From contig JALCRV010000003.1 in assembly GCA_022652945.1 (NCBI GenBank), positions 88,128 through 152,127 on the forward strand: a stretch of DNA of 64,000 nt, given 5' to 3'. The notes beneath the pieces are model-generated. The model ran no database searches and was not told the origin of the DNA. It saw only the letters and a program-made list of their open reading frames with translations. Both the position numbers and the translations under genes were made by a program. The DNA comes from Bacilli bacterium (GTDB taxonomy: Bacteria; Bacillota_I; Bacilli_A; RFN20; CAG-288). How positions within the stretch are numbered: position 1 is the first letter of the stretch; every line of letters begins with the position of its first letter. Of the stretch, positions 52,966-60,899 are shown piece by piece.

Positions 52966-54046
52966 AGCGTTATCTTTTCCGGGGCAGTCTATCGAAGAAC
53001 TTTTAAATTCCAACGGAATGACTCAAAGAGAACTGGCTGCACGAATAGGGTTTTCCACTAAACACATCAACGAAGTCATTCAGGGAAAAAGGGATATCAG
53101 CCCTTTATTGGCAAGCAAATTGGCCAATGTCTTTCAGCCTAGTGCTCAATTCTGGAATAATCTACAGAGCATTTATAATGCCGAAAAACAAAGAATTGAA
53201 GATGAGGAAGGAATAACAGAAGAAGAAAAGGATATCGCCAAAAGATTGCCATATAACAAATTGGTTTCTTGGAACTATTTAGAAGAATGCAATTCGATTG
53301 TCGACAGAGTAATTAAGTTGAGAAAGTTTATGGGGTTAAGCGATATCAGAAACGCACCAGCGTTTATGAAAAATATATCAATAGCCTCTGCGAATTCTAG
53401 TTTGGCATTTAGAAAGTCGGAAAGCCTGAAAATCGATGATTATGTGATGACTATCTGGCTGAAAATGTGCACCCTATCGTTTAATCAAAATGTGCCTGAA
53501 TTCGACAAAAGCAAACTGAGGGAAAGTCTCCCGCTGATAAAATCACAGATTTCCGGATCAGATATTAACACTTCGGTTAATACAATCAAGGAGATTCTGT
53601 CTAATTGTGGAGTTTCATTTTCGATTATCCATAACTTGGCTGGAGCGCCCGTCCAGGGCTTTATTAAGTTTCAAAACAACAAAGCCGTTTTGTGCTTAAC
53701 TTTAAGGCAGAAGTTCGACGATATCCTTTGGTTTACTTTATTCCATGAAATCGGTCATTTATTATTGGCAAGGCAATGTAAAGAGACAATTGTTGATTTC
53801 TCTTCTGACTCGGGGCTGGCTCTATCAAACGAAGACGAAGCTGATAAATTCGCTCAAGATATCCTGATAGATAAGAAAAGATTTGAAGTCTTTTCGGCAA
53901 GGAGATTTATCAGTGAAGCCGAAGTTATTGAATTTGCCAAAGAGGAAAAGGTCCCTCCTTCAGTAGTGGTGGGAAGACTGGGGCATTCATCGCCTAATTA
54001 TTTCTCGAGAATGGCAAATCTGAGGCAGAGAATTAATTGGGACTAA
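52934..54046 (+). CDS. higA: HigA-type HTH antitoxin fused to an ImmA/IrrE (M78) metallopeptidase domain
   Basis: The N-terminus 'GMTQRELAARIGFSTKHINEVIQGKRDISPLLASKLANVFQPSAQFWNNLQ' is a HigA/VapI HTH. The C-terminal domain has 'FTLFHEIGHLLL' (HExxH). The start could be the ATG at 52934 or the TTG at 52925. Confidence 0.75.
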   Translation: MVEPKIGSYVEALSFPGQSIEELLNSNGMTQRELAARIGFSTKHINEVIQGKRDISPLLASKLANVFQPSAQFWNNLQSIYNAEKQRIEDEEGITEEEKDIAKRLPYNKLVSWNYLEECNSIVDRVIKLRKFMGLSDIRNAPAFMKNISIASANSSLAFRKSESLKIDDYVMTIWLKMCTLSFNQNVPEFDKSKLRESLPLIKSQISGSDINTSVNTIKEILSNCGVSFSIIHNLAGAPVQGFIKFQNNKAVLCLTLRQKFDDILWFTLFHEIGHLLLARQCKETIVDFSSDSGLALSNEDEADKFAQDILIDKKRFEVFSARRFISEAEVIEFAKEEKVPPSVVVGRLGHSSPNYFSRMANLRQRINWD

Positions 54047-54148
54047 AAGTGTAACCCTTCATAATTCTGACTAATTTTACATAACCTTCTTTGTTCGTGG
54101 TTTAATAGTATCAAGTAAAAGACTCAGTTCCATTCGGAGGTACCCAAT

Positions 54149-54640
54149 ATGGAAAACTTAAAAAAGAAGATCCTGAAAGCCATCGAAAACGATTCAAGGA
54201 TTTCCGTTGCTGATTTAGCAGCGGAATTAGGAGTTAAAGATGTCGATGTCGCTAACGCAATCACCGAAATGGAAGAAAAGAAAATCATCTGTGGCTACCA
54301 CACCCTGATTAACTGGGACAATACGGACGAGGAAATTGTCACTGCCTTAATTGAAGTCAAAGCTTCTCCGCAGAGGGGCAACGGCTTTGATAAGATTGCG
54401 GAGCGCATCATGAAATTCGATGAAGTCAACACCATCTATCTCATGAGCGGTGGTTATGATTTCTGCGTCATCATCGAAGGCAAATCTATGAAGGAAGTTT
54501 CAAGGTTCGTCTTTGAAAAACTCTCAACCTTGGAATGCATCCTTTCCACCGCGACCCACTTCGTCTTAAAGAAGTATAAGGATCACGGAACAGTTCTTGA
54601 AGAAACAGCCAAAAAGAACCGGATGATTCTTAGCGCCTAA
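54149..54640 (+). CDS. Lrp/AsnC-family transcriptional regulator
   Basis: It has the N-terminal HTH 'ILKAIENDSRISVADLAAELGVKDVDVANAI' and a RAM-type C-terminal domain. Confidence 0.85.
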   Translation: MENLKKKILKAIENDSRISVADLAAELGVKDVDVANAITEMEEKKIICGYHTLINWDNTDEEIVTALIEVKASPQRGNGFDKIAERIMKFDEVNTIYLMSGGYDFCVIIEGKSMKEVSRFVFEKLSTLECILSTATHFVLKKYKDHGTVLEETAKKNRMILSA

Positions 54641-54666
54641 GCTTAAAAGAACTTTATATTTAATCC

Positions 54667-55827
54667 ATGCGTAATTTTATCAATCCTTCTTTATCTAACA
54701 TCAAGCCTTCCGGAATCGAGAAGTTCTTTGATATCGCCTCTAAAACCCCCGGAGTGGTTTCTTTGGGTGTCGGTGAGCCTGATTTTGATACACCTTGGCA
54801 TATTTCCGATGAAGGAATTTCTTCGATTGAACAAGGCAATACTTTCTACACTACTAGCCCCGGCTTAATTGAATTAAGGAATGCGATCGGTGGGTTCCTA
54901 AAGAGAAAATACGGTCTGAATTACAATAGCGAGGAAATACTAGTTACCGTCGGTGGCTCCGAAGCTATCGACTTAGCCTTCAGAGCTCTGCTTTCTCCCG
55001 GCGATGAAGTCATCATCCCCGAGCCGGCTTATGTCTCTTATACCCCTTGCGTTCTTTTGGCTGGTGGAAAACCAGTTCCCTTAGTCTTAAAGGAAGAGAA
55101 CGGCTTTCAGCTTACTAAAGAATCCCTTGAGTCGGTCCTGACTCCTCGGACAAAAATCTTAATGATGAACTACCCGAACAATCCAACTGGTGGGGAAATG
55201 GATCTTTCCCATCTTCAGGAAGTAGCGGATTTTTGTATTGAACATGATATTTTCGTCATCTCTGATGAAATATATTCCGAACTCACTTACCAGGGCATTA
55301 AACATATCTCCATCGGAAGCCTGGACGGGATGAAAGAAAGAAGCCTGATTATCAACGGCTTCTCTAAGTCTTACTCGATGACCGGCTGGAGACTCGGTTA
55401 TGCCTGCTCCACGAAAAACATCATTTCAGCTTTGCTGCAGATCCATCAATACACGATAATGTGCGCCTCCATAGTATCCCAGTATGCGGGAGTCGAAGCT
55501 TTAAATAACGGAGATAAAGATATCGAAAAAATGAAAGAAGAATACGCCAAGAGAAGACTTTATGTTCTGAAAAGATTGAAGGATATGGGCCTTACTTGCT
55601 ACCAACCTCAAGGCGCCTTCTATGTCTTCCCCTCAATTAAAAAGTTCGGGCTGACCTCGGAAGATTTCTGCTTGAAGCTTATCAAGGAAGAAAAGGTAGC
55701 CATCATCCCCGGCAGCGCCTTCGGCGACTGCGGGGAAGGCTACGTCAGAATTTCTTATGCTTATTCTTTAAACGACTTAAGGACAGCTTTAGATAGGTTG
55801 GCAAGATTTATTCGGAAGCAGATCTAA
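54667..55827 (+). CDS. PLP-dependent class I/II aminotransferase
   Basis: It has 'NYPNNPTG' and 'FSKSYSMTGWRLGY' (the PLP lysine), and a typical ~386 aa length. Confidence 0.9.
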   Translation: MRNFINPSLSNIKPSGIEKFFDIASKTPGVVSLGVGEPDFDTPWHISDEGISSIEQGNTFYTTSPGLIELRNAIGGFLKRKYGLNYNSEEILVTVGGSEAIDLAFRALLSPGDEVIIPEPAYVSYTPCVLLAGGKPVPLVLKEENGFQLTKESLESVLTPRTKILMMNYPNNPTGGEMDLSHLQEVADFCIEHDIFVISDEIYSELTYQGIKHISIGSLDGMKERSLIINGFSKSYSMTGWRLGYACSTKNIISALLQIHQYTIMCASIVSQYAGVEALNNGDKDIEKMKEEYAKRRLYVLKRLKDMGLTCYQPQGAFYVFPSIKKFGLTSEDFCLKLIKEEKVAIIPGSAFGDCGEGYVRISYAYSLNDLRTALDRLARFIRKQI

Positions 55828-55968
55828 CAAGCCTTCATTTTGTTTTGGACGTTTTTACATTACTATGTACTTTTATCCCTTTCTTTTTCTTGTGAGGTAA
55901 ACTAACCTAAATAAAAAGGGAACGTCCTTAAACCAAAATTATTGTTTAAGGCAGAAAGGCTATAAATA

Positions 55969-56964
55969 ATGATCAATCCTTATATCGGAAACGAATGGCA
56001 GTTGAGCGGAGTCGAAGAATATTCGATGCTCGGTGGCAAAAAAGAAGGGATGCGGATTGTCCATGTCCGCAACGGACTTGGACTGGATTTATACATCTCC
56101 TTGGACCGCGGAGGAGATATCTGCAATCTCACCTATCAGGGCAAAAACGTCAATTACCTGACCCCAAACGGATTAGTCTCCTCTAAATATTTCGATCCGA
56201 AAGGCGATGGGTGGATTAAATCTTTCACCGCTGGTTTTATAACCACCTGCGGTCTGGAAAATGTCGGTTCTCCCAACGTCGATCAAGGCGAGGAATTAGG
56301 CTTACACGGGTCACGCTCTCAGATTCCGGTTGAAAATTGGGGCTACGATGAAGACGAAGAATCTTTTGATATCAAGACAGTTCTCCGCGATGAAGGCATC
56401 TTCAAACGCAAGTGGAAAATCATCCGTCATATCATCGTTTCTAAGGTGGAGAATATCTTCTCCATCCAGGATGAAATCATCAATACCAGCGGAGAAGAAC
56501 AACCTTTAGAGTATCTCTTCCATATAAACTTCGGTTATCCGTTGTTAAGCGAAGACAGCGAGATTTATATCGCTTCTGATAAAGTAAAAGCCAGAAATAA
56601 ACACGCGGAAGAAGATATCGCCAACTGGGCCAAAATGGAAAAGCCGCAGGTGGGTTACGAAGAAAGATGTTATTACCATCACATGAAGACTAAAGAAGGC
56701 AAAGCGGCCATTTTTAATCAAAAAGCCGGATTTGGTGCCTGTCTTTCCTTTGATTCTTCCGTCTTAGACTGCTTTACTGAATGGAAGATGATGGGTTTCC
56801 GTGATTACGTTTTGGGCCTAGAGCCTGGCAACTGCACTCCCGATGGCCGCGACCAAGTCAGAAAGCAAGGTATTCTGAAATTCGTAAAAGCCAACGACGC
56901 TGTTATCTATAGAGTTGATGTCTCTATTCTGAAAGACCACAAAGAATTTCTTAAGCTTAAATAA
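55969..56964 (+). CDS. Aldose 1-epimerase-fold protein (DUF4432-like)
   Basis: It has 'NGLGLDLYISLDRGGDI', 'TCGLENVG' and 'LGLHGS'. This is a mutarotase-like pattern. Confidence 0.65.
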   Translation: MINPYIGNEWQLSGVEEYSMLGGKKEGMRIVHVRNGLGLDLYISLDRGGDICNLTYQGKNVNYLTPNGLVSSKYFDPKGDGWIKSFTAGFITTCGLENVGSPNVDQGEELGLHGSRSQIPVENWGYDEDEESFDIKTVLRDEGIFKRKWKIIRHIIVSKVENIFSIQDEIINTSGEEQPLEYLFHINFGYPLLSEDSEIYIASDKVKARNKHAEEDIANWAKMEKPQVGYEERCYYHHMKTKEGKAAIFNQKAGFGACLSFDSSVLDCFTEWKMMGFRDYVLGLEPGNCTPDGRDQVRKQGILKFVKANDAVIYRVDVSILKDHKEFLKLK

Positions 56965-57081
56965 ACAAAAACAGCATTATCATATGCAAAAAGGCACTCT
57001 TTTTCTTTAGGGCGCAAGTTTTAAATTCTTTTGGGTCTTCTTAATTTATAATAATTTTATGTTAGGGCAAAGGAGGAGAAG

Positions 57082-57957
57082 ATGAGCAAGCCTTATACGC
57101 TTCCTCTCACCAGAAAAGATCTCTTTAAAAATGCTTATCGCATGGATCTTTTCACCTTACTTAAAATCTCAATGCTGATAGCGATGTTCTTCATTCCTCT
57201 TTTTGTTTTCTTTACCGCCAATGGTTATTTGGAGAGCGGAGTTATCACCAAGATAGATACCACTGTCGCCAATCCGGATTACCGTCCATTATTAGAATTC
57301 CGAATCTATATGGACTTGTTTTATATTCCTTGTTTCATGATTGCTTCCTTAGGTCTAAGCGGAGCCTTTTCTTTCTTTAAGAAATACACCTTTAATGAAG
57401 GAGCGTTAATTAAACGTGACTTCTTCGGGGGTATCAAAGAAAACCTGAAGAATAGTTTATTGGTGTCGTTCTTTTACTCCGCAGTTTTCTATCTTTTGAG
57501 ATTCGCAGTCAATTATTTATCCATCCTCGACTTCACTTACTTTTTAGTCCTGAGTATTTTCTGCTGGATTTTCATCTTTGTGTTGATGATTCAAGTCATC
57601 TTTGCTTTCGCCCAGATGCCTATTTATACCAACGGTTTCTGGACCATCATTAAAACCAGTTTTTTTTGCTCCTGTAATCAGATATTCAAAGGACTTTTAA
57701 CCGTACTTTGCTCCTTTTTCCCTTTGATATTGATACCGTACTTCGGTATTCAGATTCTCACCTATATCACGATGCTTTTATATATCTTCTTGGGCTTTTC
57801 TAACGGCGTCTTTCTTTCTTTGCTTTATGCGGAAGATTCTTTCGATGTCCTCGTAAACAAAAAACAGTTTCCCTCAATCTATCGTAAGGGTTTGTTTCAA
57901 GCGCCTTCTTCTTATCTTAAAGACGATGATTTCTTAAAGGATCTCGATTATGAATGA
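57082..57957 (+). CDS. Polytopic membrane protein (possibly DUF624/YesL-like)
   Basis: It has ~6 hydrophobic segments, the RBS AAAGGAGGAG, and an 8-nt overlap with the downstream ABC ATPase gene. The family assignment is weak. Confidence 0.45.
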   Translation: MSKPYTLPLTRKDLFKNAYRMDLFTLLKISMLIAMFFIPLFVFFTANGYLESGVITKIDTTVANPDYRPLLEFRIYMDLFYIPCFMIASLGLSGAFSFFKKYTFNEGALIKRDFFGGIKENLKNSLLVSFFYSAVFYLLRFAVNYLSILDFTYFLVLSIFCWIFIFVLMIQVIFAFAQMPIYTNGFWTIIKTSFFCSCNQIFKGLLTVLCSFFPLILIPYFGIQILTYITMLLYIFLGFSNGVFLSLLYAEDSFDVLVNKKQFPSIYRKGLFQAPSSYLKDDDFLKDLDYE

Positions 57958-59029
57958 TATCTGCTTAAAAGGAGTCTCTTTTTCTTACGAAGAAGGAAAA
58001 GAGATAATCGCGAATCTCAATCTAAACCTGGATAGAGAGAAAATCTATGTTATCATGGGCCCCTCCGGCTCGGGGAAGACTACGCTTTTAAAATTGATTT
58101 CCGGTCTTTTATTTCCGACAAATGGCAAGATAGAAATAAACGGGAAAGATGTAACGGACCTCGGGGCGGAAGATCGCAACATTTCCTTCGCTTTCCAGGA
58201 AAACGGGCTATATCCGAACCAAAGTATTTATGAAAATGTAATTTTTGCTCTCCAAAAACAAAAGATGTCTTGGGCCGAGAAAGATCAGAAAGCCAAAGAT
58301 ATACTTTCCCGTTTTGGCTTAGCTCCTTATCTGAATGCTAAGCCCAAATATCTCTCGGAAGGGGAAAAACAAAGGGCGGTCATCTGTAAATGCTTAGTCA
58401 AAAAAGATGCCGCCGTCTGTCTGATGGATGAGCCCTTAGCAAGCTTGGATGTCTTAAAACGTCAGCGTTTTATTCTTTTCTTGAAAAAGCTTCATCAGCG
58501 GAGAAATGTACCTCTGATCATCGTCATGCATGATCAGCAGGATTCCTTTCTTTTGGCGGACGAAATCCTGATGATGCGAGGTGGGAAAATCATTCAAAAA
58601 GGCCAGGGCCAGGATCTTTATGATCATCCTTTGGATTTACAAGTTGCCTCGTTTCTGATGGATGGATTAAATGTGTTTTCAGGGGAAATAAAAGAAGGCA
58701 AAGGGGATAAAGAAATTTTCATCGGAAAGGCTTCTTTTGCCTTGCCCATCGATCTCAAAGGATATAAAAACACTTCCTTGCTTGTCGGGATTCCAAAAGA
58801 AATCATTTCCTTTACACCTTATAAACAAAACTTTTCCTTTACAGCCGTCTTCAAGGAAAAGCAACTGGTCGGGGGAGAAAAAGCTCTCTATAAATTTGAC
58901 TTCCAGGGACACATTATCAACGTCTTAACTGATGACCGGGAATTTAAAGAAAATGAAAAAGTAAAACTTTTTGCCGCCTTGTCAGGCCTTAAGTTCTTCG
59001 CGGCTTCGACAGGTATGAATCTGGAATAG
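57950..59029 (+). CDS. MalK/UgpC-like ABC ATPase with a C-terminal regulatory (TOBE-like) domain
   Basis: It has Walker A 'GPSGSGKTT', the signature variant 'LSEGEKQR' and Walker B 'CLMDEPLASLD', plus a ~120-aa C-terminal beta-rich extension. Confidence 0.8.
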   Translation: MNDICLKGVSFSYEEGKEIIANLNLNLDREKIYVIMGPSGSGKTTLLKLISGLLFPTNGKIEINGKDVTDLGAEDRNISFAFQENGLYPNQSIYENVIFALQKQKMSWAEKDQKAKDILSRFGLAPYLNAKPKYLSEGEKQRAVICKCLVKKDAAVCLMDEPLASLDVLKRQRFILFLKKLHQRRNVPLIIVMHDQQDSFLLADEILMMRGGKIIQKGQGQDLYDHPLDLQVASFLMDGLNVFSGEIKEGKGDKEIFIGKASFALPIDLKGYKNTSLLVGIPKEIISFTPYKQNFSFTAVFKEKQLVGGEKALYKFDFQGHIINVLTDDREFKENEKVKLFAALSGLKFFAASTGMNLE

Positions 59030-59047
59030 TTTAATTCAGAGCGACTT

Positions 59048-59101
59048 AAAAAGCCTGCAGGCTTCTTTCCGAAAAAGGAATCGAGATCCAGCAGGCTTTT
59101 T
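59048..59101. terminator. Bidirectional terminator (ABC ATPase / GH51)
   Basis: AAAAGCCTGC...GCAGGCTTTTT, with an inner AAGCCTGCAGGCTT palindrome. Confidence 0.7.
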
Positions 59102-59110
59102 GATTGGTTA

Positions 59111-60613
59111 TTATGCTTTAAACGAGACTAAGTAGACAGAATATTTAGGCATTTGAATTGTATGCTTATGACCTTTAGCGGCTTTTACATCTTCCTTTTG
59201 AGGAACGATGTTGTCCGGCTGATCCACCGTGTTCTTAATCTTGAGATTATCCGAGACCAGCTTTACTAAAGAAGTCTCTTCGACCGCTTCGCCAAAATCA
59301 AGCTGGACGGAATTGACTTTGTCTGAAGCATTGACTAATAAAGCGGCGTATTCTTTCTTTTCTTCATCGTAACCGACCGAAGTATAAAGCAGCGGGACCT
59401 TGCCGTAAGTTTTTGTCTCACCATTAGGGACCATGTTGACTGTCCTCAAGGTCGTCTTGCCGATAAAAGCATCCGCCGCCATCTTAATCGGATAGTAAGT
59501 TGTCTGCTTGATTACTTTGCCTTTCTTATCATTCGGATCGGTATAAATTGGAGCGATGACATTGACCAACTGTGCGAAGCAGGCAATCTTAATGCGATCT
59601 GAATTATTCATAATTGTCGTTAACAACCCGCCGACCACGACCGCATCAGCATAATCGTAAAGGTTCTCATTTCTAGGAAGACCGTATTCCCATTTAACCT
59701 TCGTTTCATTCGTCCCATCCCACATATGCCAGACATTCCATTCATCCAAGGCGAAAAGTATATCTTTGTTAGAACGCTTCAGCGCTTTAACATAGTCGCA
59801 GGTGGCTCTCATTGTGTGGATATAGTTTTCCAAACCGGTCGGAGAAGCCATAAATTCAGCCATACTGTGATCGGGAGTCGGATAGGAATAGTAAGAATGC
59901 AGGGAAAGATAATCTACGCGATCGTAAGCAATTTCCAAGACTTTACGGTCCCACTCCGGATAAGTCGGATTTGCCGTAGAGGAAGAGCCACAGGCGACGA
60001 CCTCAATCGTGGGATCGACCCACTTCATGATCTTCGCCGCTTCTAAGGCCAGACGCCCATATTCTTCAGCGGTTTTGGTACAAATCTGCCACGGGCCATC
60101 CATCTCGTTGCCCAAGCACCAATAATGAACCTTATAAGGGTCTTTATGCCCGTTAGCGATTCTTTGTTTGGCCCAGTAGCCAGCCTTTTCCATATTGCAA
60201 TATTCGACAATCTCTTGGCATTCTCCGATTGAGCCGGTGCCCAAATTTACAGACATCATAACTTCCGACCCGGTTTTGCCGGCGAAATTCATAAATTCAT
60301 CTAAGCCGACAATATTCGGCTCCACTGCTTCCCAAGCGATATCGATGCACTCTCTTCTCTTGGGCCCGATTGAATCCTTCCATTCGAATCCAGAAACGAA
60401 ATTACCGCCCGGGTAACGAATTAAGGAGGTGTGAAGATCTTTTACTAAATCGATAACATCTCTGCGGAAGCCATTCTTATCAGCCGTGGGGTGTTCGGGT
60501 TGATAAATCCCGTTATAAACACATCTTCCCAGGTGCTCAACGAAGCTACCGAAAACATTCTTTTCGACTTTTCCGATTTGCTGTAACTTATCGATACTGA
60601 CTATGGATTTCAT
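59111..60613 (-). CDS. abfA: GH51 alpha-L-arabinofuranosidase
   Basis: It has 'RYPGGNFVSGFEWKDSIGP' and 'WCLGNEMDGPWQ' (the acid/base Glu), and is 500 aa. Confidence 0.9.
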   Translation of the reverse strand: MKSIVSIDKLQQIGKVEKNVFGSFVEHLGRCVYNGIYQPEHPTADKNGFRRDVIDLVKDLHTSLIRYPGGNFVSGFEWKDSIGPKRRECIDIAWEAVEPNIVGLDEFMNFAGKTGSEVMMSVNLGTGSIGECQEIVEYCNMEKAGYWAKQRIANGHKDPYKVHYWCLGNEMDGPWQICTKTAEEYGRLALEAAKIMKWVDPTIEVVACGSSSTANPTYPEWDRKVLEIAYDRVDYLSLHSYYSYPTPDHSMAEFMASPTGLENYIHTMRATCDYVKALKRSNKDILFALDEWNVWHMWDGTNETKVKWEYGLPRNENLYDYADAVVVGGLLTTIMNNSDRIKIACFAQLVNVIAPIYTDPNDKKGKVIKQTTYYPIKMAADAFIGKTTLRTVNMVPNGETKTYGKVPLLYTSVGYDEEKKEYAALLVNASDKVNSVQLDFGEAVEETSLVKLVSDNLKIKNTVDQPDNIVPQKEDVKAAKGHKHTIQMPKYSVYLVSFKA

Positions 60614-60899
60614 AGTTTTAGCCTCCAGTAAAATGCTGTACTCTTAAAAATCTATAACCCATTTCAAAAGCGTTTGCAACTAGTACAAAAAAGCATTTTC
60701 CGGCTCCATTTCTATTATATAGAAATGGACATTTTCTAAATGTTTTATAAGCTTTTTGGTTTCTAAAAATTAATGGTGCCAATTTGTATAAAATGAGTGT
60801 TTTTTTGCATTGTAAGGGTTTTCAATCGCTTTTTATAATGAAATTGTCTAGTGCGGATATGCGATTTTGCACCCGCACGGAATTTATAGGGAGGTAAAG

